61,893 nucleotides of DNA from NCBI GenBank assembly GCA_964349555.1, contig CAYGGK010000003.1, positions 1-61,893 of the forward strand. The letters run 5' to 3'. Positions 52,198 through 60,821 of this stretch are shown piece by piece (the first letter of the stretch is position 1; every line of letters begins with the position of its first letter). A program made the translations under genes and the position numbers. Under the pieces are notes generated by a model. The model saw only the letters and a program-made list of their open reading frames with translations. It did no database searches and was not told the DNA's origin. The DNA is from an uncultured Candidatus Saccharibacteria bacterium. GTDB taxonomy: Bacteria; Patescibacteriota; Minisyncoccia; Phycocordibacterales; Phycocordibacteraceae.

Positions 52198-52213
52198 GTC
52201 CACAAAATAAGGA
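52198..52213 (+). repeat. 16-nt direct repeat GTCCACAAAATAAGGA, copy 2
   Basis: Identical to 45929-45944. Confidence 0.75.
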
Positions 52214-52224
52214 ACGCAGAGACT

Positions 52225-52368
52225 ATATTTTGTGAGAGTCCTGAGGAATCTTTGACGAAGGGGTCCACTCGACTCGCTCCGCTCGCTCGTGGCAAGCCAC
52301 CCCAAGTAGCAGGCCGAATGTACTATATTCTGTGAGAATCCTGAGGATTCTTATCCGAAGGGGTCCAC
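52225..52368 (+). repeat. island-flank repeats, copies B1 (52225-52300) and B2 (52311-52368)
   Basis: Both align to copy A at 45989-46078. The shared core is ATATT(T/C)TGTGAGA(G/A)TCCTGAGGA...GGGGTCCAC. Confidence 0.75.
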
Positions 52369-52480
52369 ACAATAGGAAAGTGTGCTAAAATTTAAGAAGC
52401 CTGGGAAAACATCGGCTTGAACCATGTGGTGTGGGGGAAAAGAAAAATTTTATTCATATGGTTTAATCCAAATAACTTTT

Positions 52481-53182
52481 ATGAATCGTAATATTTTGAT
52501 TGGCATCATCGTTGTGGTGGTTCTCGTTGCAGGAGGGTGGTGGTACATGAACAAGTCGAGCGTGCCTGCGACTTCCGAGACGACTCAACTTCCGACTTTG
52601 CAGGAAACAACCAACGCCCAAACTCAAACTGTCACAAAGCCGTCGGTGCCTGCCGCACAGACACAACCTTCCAATCAACCTGTTTCTAGCCCTGCCGATA
52701 ACGAAATCTCTTACACGGCTCCAATCGGATACCATATTAGAGAATCTTGGTACGGGTCGCAAGATGAAGTATACGGAATTGACAAACAAATTGGGTTCAT
52801 TAGGGACACTTATTGGCAGGAATCCTATGTCAATTCGTCCGGGGGCAAAGGTGCTCCCGCACAAATCAGTATAAGTTTCTATCGCAATCCGCAAAACCTC
52901 ACCGTTCAGCAATGGCTGGAAATGAAAGAAATTACATACGGAGGGAAAATCCCCACCGGCAACTTCCAAGGGGTCACATATGGAGAACCGATCGTCACTT
53001 ACAACTTCAAAGATAGAACCGGGGTACGATTTACTTACATGCCAGAAATGCATTATTCCGATTCTGTTGTTGTTCAGCATAAAAATTGGATTGTGTATTT
53101 TCACAATGGTCATGATGGGCCCACGGATTCTCAAAACCAGGTCTTTGAGCAGTTGCTCACTTCAATTACTTTTGCGAAGTAG
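52481..53182 (+). CDS. hypothetical N-terminally anchored secreted protein
   Basis: Starts at ATG 52481 (MNRNILIGIIVVVVLVAGGWWY). It has a Thr/Gln/Pro linker and its composition is still AT-rich. Confidence 0.5.
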   Translation: MNRNILIGIIVVVVLVAGGWWYMNKSSVPATSETTQLPTLQETTNAQTQTVTKPSVPAAQTQPSNQPVSSPADNEISYTAPIGYHIRESWYGSQDEVYGIDKQIGFIRDTYWQESYVNSSGGKGAPAQISISFYRNPQNLTVQQWLEMKEITYGGKIPTGNFQGVTYGEPIVTYNFKDRTGVRFTYMPEMHYSDSVVVQHKNWIVYFHNGHDGPTDSQNQVFEQLLTSITFAK

Positions 53183-53495
53183 TTGAAGGGCGGTACGCGC
53201 TTCGCGCGTTCCAAGGACCTTTTTGCCGCCAAAGAAAAACTTGAAATTGTCAGCGGTGCGGCGAAGCCGCACCGCTGGACGCCTTGAGCAAGGGTTACCC
53301 TTGCTCAGGCTATGTCGAATCTCCCATAGCAACGAACGCTCCGAAACGGCTCAAACAGCCCGAGACCACAGGGTACCGAACGGCTCATTTCTTCCCGTAT
53401 GAGCCGTTCCCGCCCACAATCGCGCGGTGAGAGCGCCGAGTCAACGAGGCGCGAGTTAGTCGTTGTTTGTCACAAACATGGTACAATACGCACCT

Positions 53496-54458
53496 ATGGA
53501 CAAACCGAAAATAACACCGAAGGATTTCTTTGTATGGGCGGGGGCTATGGTTGCGTTCTATTGGGCCGTTATCGCGTATATCTTTCTTGTTTTTAATTAT
53601 ATAGACTACACGTTTCCGAACCCTCTCGCCTATTACCCGGCCGACCCGTACCAGAGCGGCATCAGTTACCAGATGGCGTCCATCATCGTGCTTCTGCCAA
53701 TCTGCATGTTTCTCATGCGCATGATACGCAAGGGGATTGAGGAAGACTCCTCAAGGGGGGAGCTATGGGTGCGTCGCTGGGCGCTGATACTGACACTCTT
53801 CGTCGCGGGCGCGGCGATAGCGGCAGACCTCATCACGCTCCTCACCACCTTTTTGAACGGGGAAGAGCTCACGACAGCGTTCCTACTTAAGACGCTCGTC
53901 GTCTTCCTTATCGCGGCCGGCGTCTTTATGCACTTCAGTGCAGACTTGAAGGGATATTGGGATACCTTCCCTCTACGTAAACGGTACGTAGGTATCGGCG
54001 TCGGAGTCCTCGCCACGGTAACGATACTGGCAGGATTCCTTATCGTCGGCACGCCTAAGGAGGCGCGCCTCGCGCGTTTTGACGCAGAAAAGGTAAGCGG
54101 TCTTCAAGATATTCAATATCGCGTTATCGGTTACTGGCAGGCGAAACAGAAGTTGCCTCCCTCCCTCGACGTTTTGAGCGATCCTCTCTCGTATGGTCCT
54201 CTGCCGTTTGATGTACAGACGGGGGAGTCGTATATCTATCGGGCGACAGGGACGCTCTCGTTCGAGCTCTGCGCGGTGTTCAACGCGCAGAGTCGCGGGA
54301 GCCAGGGCCAGCTCACAGAAACTAGAGCTCTGATGCCAGTGCCTGCCGGCGGTAAGGGTGTGCCGCCGCAGGACAACTGGCAACACGGTGCGGGCGAAGT
54401 ATGTTTTGACAGAACCATTGACCCGAGCTTCTACCCGCCGCTCACCAAACAGCTCTAA
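53496..54458 (+). CDS. polytopic membrane protein of unknown function
   Basis: Starts at ATG 53496 (MDKPKITPKDFF). It has 5-6 TM helices and a soluble C-terminal domain. TGgTACAAT lies 8 nt upstream. Confidence 0.6.
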   Translation: MDKPKITPKDFFVWAGAMVAFYWAVIAYIFLVFNYIDYTFPNPLAYYPADPYQSGISYQMASIIVLLPICMFLMRMIRKGIEEDSSRGELWVRRWALILTLFVAGAAIAADLITLLTTFLNGEELTTAFLLKTLVVFLIAAGVFMHFSADLKGYWDTFPLRKRYVGIGVGVLATVTILAGFLIVGTPKEARLARFDAEKVSGLQDIQYRVIGYWQAKQKLPPSLDVLSDPLSYGPLPFDVQTGESYIYRATGTLSFELCAVFNAQSRGSQGQLTETRALMPVPAGGKGVPPQDNWQHGAGEVCFDRTIDPSFYPPLTKQL

Positions 54459-54480
54459 GGGTTCTCGAGCATATTGATTG

Positions 54481-57297
54481 ATGGCGTACGACCATTCATC
54501 CATTGAGAAGAAATGGCAGGACCGTTGGGAGCGGGACGGGCTCTATCGCGCCAGCGAAGAGGAGGGGAAGGAGAAAATATACGTACTTGACATGTTCCCG
54601 TACCCTTCAGGCGAGGGGCTTCATGTCGGCCATCCGAGAGGGTACATCGCTACCGACATTTATTCCCGCAAGAAGCGCATGCAAGGGTTCTCGGTACTCC
54701 ATCCGATGGGATGGGACGCCTTCGGCCTGCCTGCGGAGAACTACGCGCTCAAAAACAAGACGCATCCGCGCAAGGCGGTAGAGCAGAATATCGCCACCTT
54801 CAAGAGTCAGCTCGCGCACATCGGCTTCGACTACGACTGGACGCGAGAGATAAACACCACCGACCCCGCGTATTACAAGTGGACACAATGGATATTCCTA
54901 AAGCTCTTTGAGCAGGGGCTCGCGTACCAATCAAATGAGCCCATTAATTGGTGCCCGTCTTGCATGACGGGGCTCGCGAACGAAGACCTTGACGGGAACG
55001 TCTGTGAACGATGCGGCACAGTCGTCGAGAAGAAGCGCCTGCCGCAGTGGGTGCTGAAAATTACCGAGTACGCCGACCGAATGCTCGAAGACCTTGTCGG
55101 GCTCCAGTGGCCCGAGCACGTCAAGGAGGCACAGAGAAATTGGATCGGTCGTTCCGAGGGTGCGGAAATATCCTTTGAAGTTAGGACATCAGATGTCCAC
55201 AAGATTAACGTTTTCACCACGCGCCCGGACACTATATATGGCGCAACGTACCTCGTCCTCGCTCCCGAACACTCCCTGTTTTCTAATTATGGATTTACGA
55301 AGTCCATAAGTAATTACCGCGAGGTGGAAGCGTACATCAAAGCGGCAGAGACGAAAACGGAAATAGAACGCGGCGCAGAAGGGAAGGAGAAGACTGGAGT
55401 GCGGCTCGAAGGAATAACGGCAGTGAATCCGGCGACCAAAGAAGAAATCCCCATTTTTGTCGCCGACTATGTGCTCGGTTCCTACGGCACAGGCGCCATC
55501 ATGGCCGTCCCTGCCCACGACGACCGGGATTTCGTATTCGCAAAGAAATATGGCTTGCCAGTCCGGCGTGTCATCGAGCCAATAACCGGTTCGCCGCAAG
55601 AGAAAGCGGAACCAAAAGAGAAGATAATCGCCATTGTGGAAGATGATGGGAAGGTGCTCACTATTAACTGGAAGCCCGAGCTCGGAGGGCGGCTCACTGT
55701 AGGCGGTACGGGGGAAACGGGAGAAGACCCGGCCGCTACAGCTCGGCGTGAAATAGCAGAAGAAACCGGATATACGGATCTAGAGCTCGTCGAGCGGGCC
55801 GAAGAAAGGGTGCATCACGAGTATTTCGCGCACTCAAAGAACAAGGCATTCATTGCCCACACAACTCTTTTTCATTTTCGTCTCAAATCCGACGCTCAGA
55901 ATAAGGTACAGCTTGAAGATAACGAGAAGGGCAAGTTCATAGTCGAGTGGGTGCCGATAGCCCAAGCTCTCAGTGAGATCACCGACCCTCTCCATCACTA
56001 TGCGCTTGAACGGTTCCTTGTCGGGAAGGCGTATAATGGTTCTGGTTTTCTTACCAACTCAGGAGGATTTACGGGGAGAGGAAGTGAGGAGGCGATGGCG
56101 GACATTGTTGTCGCTGTGGATGGCAAGAAAGTAGTGCGGTATAAGTTACGCGATTGGGTCTTCTCGCGACAGCGCTACTGGGGCGAGCCCATTCCTATCA
56201 TCCACTGTGAGAGAGACGGCGCGGTCGCGGTGCCCTACGAGGACCTGCCGGTAGTGCTCCCCGAGGTGGAGCACTACGAGCCGACCGGCACCGGCGAGTC
56301 ACCGCTTGCGGCGATTGACGATTGGGTCAATACGACCTGTCCCAAGTGTGGTGGAGAAGCGAAGCGAGAGACGAACACGATGCCGCAATGGGCGGGCTCT
56401 TCTTGGTACTACCTGCGCTTTATGGACCCGCACAACGACCACGAGCTTGTTTCGAGCAAAAATGAGAAGCGCTTCGCGCCGGTTGACGTCTATGTCGGTG
56501 GCGACCACGCCGTGCGCCACCTTATCTACGCGCGTTTCTGGCACAAGTTCCTCTACGACACTGCGGTGGTGAGCACCAAGGAGCCCTTCGCCCGTCTCGA
56601 GTTCCTCGGCTTCATCCTTGCCGAGGACGGCAGGAAGATGAGCAAGCGATTCGGGAATGCTATCAACCCCGACGAGGTCGTCGCCAAGTACGGCGCTGAC
56701 GCATTTCGCGCCTACGAGATGTTTATGGGTCCCTTTGAGAACACTACCGCGTGGAGCACGACCGCTATCGCGGGGACGAGACGCTTCTTCGAGCGGCTAT
56801 GGAGCGCACAAGAACTTGTTACCAAGGAGCCGGCTAGAGCGCTCGACCAGCCGCTTCACCAAACCATCAAGAAAATCGGCGATGACATTGAAGCGTTTAA
56901 ATTTAATACCGCAGTGAGCCAGGCGATGATATTCCTGAACGCTCTTGAGAGGGAAGGGAAGATTGGTCGCGAGCAGTGGAGTGCGTTCTTGCGACTGCTC
57001 GCGCCCGTTGCTCCGCACATTACCGAGGAGCTCTGGGAGAGACTTGGCGAGCAGTATTCTATCCATCTTGCTCCCTGGCCCGCCTACGACAGCGCATGCC
57101 TCGTCTCGAGCGCCGTAGAAGTCGTGGTACAGGTGAACGGCAAACGCCGCGGCTCGGTTACACTTGCCACAGCCGCCTCCGAGGACGTCGCAGTTACCGA
57201 AGCTCGCAAACTTCCTGCCGTCGCCGCCTCCCTCGCCGGGGGAGAGCCAAAACGCGTTGTGTATGTGCCAAATAAAATAATTAATCTGGTGATATAG
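54481..57297 (+). CDS. leuS: leucine--tRNA ligase with an inserted NUDIX domain
   Basis: Has the HIGH-type motif PYPSGEGLHVGHPRGY, the TTRPDT editing domain, the VPAHDDRDFVFA motif and KMSKR. Residues ~369-518 carry the Nudix box GTGETGEDPAATARREIAEETGY. Confidence 0.95.
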   Translation: MAYDHSSIEKKWQDRWERDGLYRASEEEGKEKIYVLDMFPYPSGEGLHVGHPRGYIATDIYSRKKRMQGFSVLHPMGWDAFGLPAENYALKNKTHPRKAVEQNIATFKSQLAHIGFDYDWTREINTTDPAYYKWTQWIFLKLFEQGLAYQSNEPINWCPSCMTGLANEDLDGNVCERCGTVVEKKRLPQWVLKITEYADRMLEDLVGLQWPEHVKEAQRNWIGRSEGAEISFEVRTSDVHKINVFTTRPDTIYGATYLVLAPEHSLFSNYGFTKSISNYREVEAYIKAAETKTEIERGAEGKEKTGVRLEGITAVNPATKEEIPIFVADYVLGSYGTGAIMAVPAHDDRDFVFAKKYGLPVRRVIEPITGSPQEKAEPKEKIIAIVEDDGKVLTINWKPELGGRLTVGGTGETGEDPAATARREIAEETGYTDLELVERAEERVHHEYFAHSKNKAFIAHTTLFHFRLKSDAQNKVQLEDNEKGKFIVEWVPIAQALSEITDPLHHYALERFLVGKAYNGSGFLTNSGGFTGRGSEEAMADIVVAVDGKKVVRYKLRDWVFSRQRYWGEPIPIIHCERDGAVAVPYEDLPVVLPEVEHYEPTGTGESPLAAIDDWVNTTCPKCGGEAKRETNTMPQWAGSSWYYLRFMDPHNDHELVSSKNEKRFAPVDVYVGGDHAVRHLIYARFWHKFLYDTAVVSTKEPFARLEFLGFILAEDGRKMSKRFGNAINPDEVVAKYGADAFRAYEMFMGPFENTTAWSTTAIAGTRRFFERLWSAQELVTKEPARALDQPLHQTIKKIGDDIEAFKFNTAVSQAMIFLNALEREGKIGREQWSAFLRLLAPVAPHITEELWERLGEQYSIHLAPWPAYDSACLVSSAVEVVVQVNGKRRGSVTLATAASEDVAVTEARKLPAVAASLAGGEPKRVVYVPNKIINLVI

Positions 57298-57316
57298 CCA
57301 CGACCACAACATGGGG

Positions 57317-57345
57317 TTGACTATATATAAGCCGTTTGCTATAAA
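57317..57345 (+). promoter_or_regulatory. sigma70-like promoter TTGACT-17 nt-TATAAA
   Basis: TTGACT at 57317-57322 and TATAAA at 57340-57345. The ATG at 57355 is 9 nt downstream. Confidence 0.6.
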
Positions 57346-57354
57346 TTAGACCAC

Positions 57355-58434
57355 ATGAAGAAGATCACAAAGGCGAAGAGACAGGACAAGGCGGGAGCGG
57401 GTGGCACAATCTCCCTTTCCTTTGACAGCGCCGCACTCGTGAAGAAGCTTCTCTCTGCGGCGCCGGAGCGCGCCCGCAAGGTGCTTATTCGCCGTTTCGG
57501 CCTCGGGGACAATCCGAAACGCGAGACGCTTGAATCTATCGGTGACCGCACCGGTATCACCCGTGAACGCGTCCGCCAAATTGAGGCCGCCGGGCTCGAT
57601 GCGGTGCGCACCAGTAAGGCGTTCAAAGAAGCAAGCGTGGCATTTGATGAAATTATAAAACATGTTCATTCGCTTGGAGTTCTCGTGCCCGAAGAAGCGC
57701 TCCTTTCTGCGTTCGGCAAAGATGAGGGGAGCCGCAACCGGTTCCGCTTTTTTCTTATGGTTAACTCCGCGTTTTTCCGCGAACGCGAGACGAACGATTT
57801 CCTCGCCCGCTGGCACGTGAATCACGCCACAGCCAAGAGCATTCACGAGGCGCTTTCAAAGCTGTACTCCTCCCTCTCCGATGAAGAGGTTGTGACCGAA
57901 AGCGAACTTATGGATCGTTTTCTTGACGAGCTAAAGGGCGTCAACGATGCCTACAAGAGCGAGGAGGTTTTGAAACGGTGGCTCTCGCTTAGTAAGCATA
58001 TCGACCGCAATCCGCTTGCGCAGTGGGGTCGCTCTACCGCACCGGCCGTCCGTATCAAGGGCGTCCGCGATTATGCGTATCTTGCTATCAAGCGCCACGG
58101 CGCCCCGATGCATTTCTCGGAGGTGGTTACGGCCATCGGCACTCTTTTCTCTAAGAAGGCGCATGTCGCCACTACGCATAACGAACTTATCAAGGACCCG
58201 CGTTTCGTACTTGTTGGTCGCGGGCTCTACGCACTTACCGAGTGGGGCTATACGCCTGGTGTTGTGCGCGATGTTATTCGCGAGACGCTCGAGAAGGTCG
58301 GCCCTCTGAAGAAAGATGAGATTATTAAGCATGTGAAAAAGGCGCGTTTTGTGAAGGACAATACTATTCTCGTTAATCTTAACGACTCTCGCTACTTCAA
58401 GCGTCTTAAGGACGGCCGTTACACGGTGGCATAA
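57355..58434 (+). CDS. DNA-binding protein with sigma-70 region-4-like HTH and C-terminal HARE-HTH-like domain
   Basis: RRFGLGDNPKRETLESIGDRTGITRERVRQIE is region-4-like. AYLAIKRHGAPMHFSEVV...DPRFVLVGRGLYALTEWGY is HARE-HTH-like. Confidence 0.65.
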   Translation: MKKITKAKRQDKAGAGGTISLSFDSAALVKKLLSAAPERARKVLIRRFGLGDNPKRETLESIGDRTGITRERVRQIEAAGLDAVRTSKAFKEASVAFDEIIKHVHSLGVLVPEEALLSAFGKDEGSRNRFRFFLMVNSAFFRERETNDFLARWHVNHATAKSIHEALSKLYSSLSDEEVVTESELMDRFLDELKGVNDAYKSEEVLKRWLSLSKHIDRNPLAQWGRSTAPAVRIKGVRDYAYLAIKRHGAPMHFSEVVTAIGTLFSKKAHVATTHNELIKDPRFVLVGRGLYALTEWGYTPGVVRDVIRETLEKVGPLKKDEIIKHVKKARFVKDNTILVNLNDSRYFKRLKDGRYTVA

Positions 58435-58447
58435 AAGAAATGCACAC

Positions 58448-58484
58448 AAAAAAGGACGGCGCCCCTCGGCGCCGTCCTTTTTTG
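58448..58484 (+). terminator. rho-independent terminator
   Basis: GGACGGCGCC (58454-58463) / GGCGCCGTCC (58468-58477), flanked by A- and T-runs. Confidence 0.8.
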
Positions 58485-58497
58485 TTATACTAGTCCC

Positions 58498-59862
58498 ATG
58501 TTGCCGTTCTTGGACAGTCTTAATAATGCAAAGAGTACGATTACCGACAAGATAGGCCTCCGCTTCGAGCCGTGGCCGCTGTTTATTGCCGGAGTCATCC
58601 TCCTCTTCGTCTCCTTTATTTTTATGCCGGGTGTTGTTTCGCTCGCGCTCTCTATCGCGCTCTTTCTTGCTCCTGTATGGTTGCCGTTTCTACTTGTCGG
58701 AGGAGCATTCAACACGTGGTATCTTCTCAAGCGTTCAGAGTTTATCGCTGAAAAAAAATGTATTCTTCTTGAAATTAAGCCCCCGCGCAGTCTCGTTAAG
58801 ACGCCGATTGCTATGGAAGCATTTCTCTCAACCCTGCACCTCACCGGAGGTGAGTCAACGTGGTACCAGCGTTTCCAGGGCGGCACACGACCGTTCTTTT
58901 CTCTAGAAATAGCCTCATTTGAAGGAAGGGTGCATTTTTTCATATGGACGCGCGCGGACCTCAGACGATTGGTAGAGTCTCAGATATACTCGCAGTATCC
59001 GGGCGTACAAGTGGTTGAAGCTCCCGATTACGCAAGGACTATTAGTGCGGACCCGAGCGAATGGATTGTGTGGGGTTGTGACTTTAAACAGACCGCTGAA
59101 GATCCGCTCCCAATTAAGACGTACATAGAATACGGATTGGATAAGGTGCAGAAAGAGCCGGAACAGGTTGACCCGCTCGCAAACCTCATTGAATTTATGG
59201 GCTCAATAGGCAAAGGCGAATACCTCTGGCTTCAATACATCATTCGCGCTCATAAGGGCGAAAAGTACGATAAGCTCAACAAAAAAGGGAAGCCGTATAC
59301 TTGGAAGGATGAGGCGGAAGAGATGGTAGAGGAGATACGCCGGAAAACGCGAGACTCGTACACGGATATATTTACCGGCGAACTACGCCCGGGATTTCCG
59401 AACCCAACAAAAGGACAGTCTGAAAAAATGGCGGCGATAGAACGAAACGTGTCAAAGCTCGCCTTCGACGTGGGCACGCGCGGTATTTATTTGGCACGAA
59501 AAGAACATTTTCACGGTCCTACCATCGCTCACCTGATTGCTCTCTTTAAGCCGTTTAGTACCGAGGGGTGGAATGGTATTAATTCAACCGCGTGGATGAA
59601 GCGATTTGACGACTACCCTTGGGAAATAGGCGTTGAGAAGAAAAAGAGTCTCTATCGTCGGAAAATGATTGAAGCGTATCGTCGCAGACAGTTCTTCTAC
59701 GACCCGGCTTTCCAGGGAGGGCTGTCGGCGAAGGAGGCGATGGTGATGAGTACGGAGGAAATCGCGACACTCTTTCATATCCCGTCGCACTCTGTGGAGA
59801 CGCCGGGCCTTGGGCGCATCCAATCAGCCACGGGCGAAGCTCCCGTCAACCTGCCAACGTGA
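58498..59862 (+). CDS. membrane protein paralogous to the N-terminal domain of the T4CP-like ATPase
   Basis: Has 2-3 N-terminal TM helices. The rest is collinear with residues ~150-330 of the 23034 protein: LLEIKPPR / LYEIALPEP; AMEAFLSTL / SMEQFYAGL; FFSLEIAS...VHFFIW / YYALELAV...LQFYAA; APDY / QPYDY. Confidence 0.6.
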   Translation: MLPFLDSLNNAKSTITDKIGLRFEPWPLFIAGVILLFVSFIFMPGVVSLALSIALFLAPVWLPFLLVGGAFNTWYLLKRSEFIAEKKCILLEIKPPRSLVKTPIAMEAFLSTLHLTGGESTWYQRFQGGTRPFFSLEIASFEGRVHFFIWTRADLRRLVESQIYSQYPGVQVVEAPDYARTISADPSEWIVWGCDFKQTAEDPLPIKTYIEYGLDKVQKEPEQVDPLANLIEFMGSIGKGEYLWLQYIIRAHKGEKYDKLNKKGKPYTWKDEAEEMVEEIRRKTRDSYTDIFTGELRPGFPNPTKGQSEKMAAIERNVSKLAFDVGTRGIYLARKEHFHGPTIAHLIALFKPFSTEGWNGINSTAWMKRFDDYPWEIGVEKKKSLYRRKMIEAYRRRQFFYDPAFQGGLSAKEAMVMSTEEIATLFHIPSHSVETPGLGRIQSATGEAPVNLPT

Positions 59863-60818
59863 TTGGTTTTTTAAAACGTTACCAGTGGTGGTTTTGTTCA
59901 TTCATTCTTGTCGCCGTCGGTATCGGTGGCTACGCGTTCTTGCTCGCGCCCCCGCCAAACTTTCCTTCAGGCGATATCATTGTTGTTAGTCGCGGGTCGT
60001 CCGTGTCTGATATCTCACGCAGTCTTGCCAATGCGCACATCATACAGAATCCGTTGGTCTTTAAGCTCATCGTACGTATTTCAGGTGCGAGCTCCCAAAT
60101 GAAGTCTGGTGCGTATCTCTTCAGCGCTCCGGAAAACGTGTTTACCGTCGCGAACCGGCTGGTGAGAGGCGCATACGGCATCCCCCCGGTGAGCCTTACC
60201 TTCCCCGAGGGTGTAACCGTACGCGATATGGCGGAAAGAATCTCTCAAGCATTGCCCATCGTATCAGCCAAAGACTTTATCTCGATAGGAAAGTCGCACG
60301 AAGGATATCTTTTCCCCGACACCTATTTCTTCCCGCCTGACGCGACCGCCGAGCTCGTGATTGAGGCGATGCGAAAAAATTTTGATGCGAAAATAACTCC
60401 GTTATCAAGTGACATACAAGCGTCAGGACATTCATTCCCCGATATCATCATCATGGCATCTCTCGTGGAGAAGGAGGCGCGTACAGAGACGAGCAAGCGC
60501 ATCGTAGCCGGCATCCTTTGGAATCGGATGAAGATCAGCATGCCGCTCCAGGTAGACGCAGTTTTTGGTTATATCTTTGACCGCGACACCTACTCACCTT
60601 CGTTTGCCGACTTAAAAGTCGATTCACCGTACAATACTTATCTCCACACCGGACTCCCTCCCGGGCCGATAGCTAATCCGGGCCTTGAAAGCATTCGGGC
60701 GGCTCTGTATCCAGCGACCACCACGTATCTCTACTACCTTACGGGCAAAGACAACCTCATGCACTACGCGACAACCTACGCCGAGCATCAATCTAACAGA
60801 AAGAAATATTTGTATTAG
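59859..60818 (+). CDS. mltG: endolytic murein transglycosylase MltG (YceG-like)
   Basis: Has an N-terminal TM segment, ASLVEKEA and YNTYLHTGLPPGPIANPG. The GTG start overlaps the preceding stop codon. Confidence 0.85.
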   Translation: MIGFLKRYQWWFCSFILVAVGIGGYAFLLAPPPNFPSGDIIVVSRGSSVSDISRSLANAHIIQNPLVFKLIVRISGASSQMKSGAYLFSAPENVFTVANRLVRGAYGIPPVSLTFPEGVTVRDMAERISQALPIVSAKDFISIGKSHEGYLFPDTYFFPPDATAELVIEAMRKNFDAKITPLSSDIQASGHSFPDIIIMASLVEKEARTETSKRIVAGILWNRMKISMPLQVDAVFGYIFDRDTYSPSFADLKVDSPYNTYLHTGLPPGPIANPGLESIRAALYPATTTYLYYLTGKDNLMHYATTYAEHQSNRKKYLY

Positions 60819-60821
60819 ACT

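Larger units (their letters stand above)
45934..53182. mobile_element. AT-rich integrated element / genomic island next to the tRNA cluster, carrying a large serine recombinase
   Basis: Base composition drops abruptly relative to both flanks. The element carries a recombinase, a phage-like small DNA-binding protein, an extra tRNA and many ORFans. The tRNA 3' end is duplicated at 52198-52213. The right boundary is uncertain (52213 or about 53182). Confidence 0.55.

Noticed and set aside
52081-52305. 74-aa minus-strand ORF at the island's right repeat region.
   Set aside because: Its N-terminal two thirds are read through the DR16 and B1 repeats, so it is probably spurious or a gene remnant.
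45929-52368. CRISPR array formed by the island-flank repeats.
   Set aside because: There are only three partial copies, with unequal lengths and irregular spacing (a 6-kb gap, then a 10-nt gap). No cas genes are present.
53420-53460. The GGTGAGAGCGCC string is reminiscent of the RNase P RNA GGUAAGAGCGCACC block.
   Set aside because: The other universally conserved RNase P segments are absent on either strand within several hundred nucleotides.
54726-54738. GCCTGCCTGCGGA in leuS, and CGCCTGCCGCAG at about 55037, as further copies of the palindromic element.
   Set aside because: They encode the conserved LeuRS peptides FGLPAE and RLPQW and lack the second arm. They are most simply explained by codon usage for L-P.
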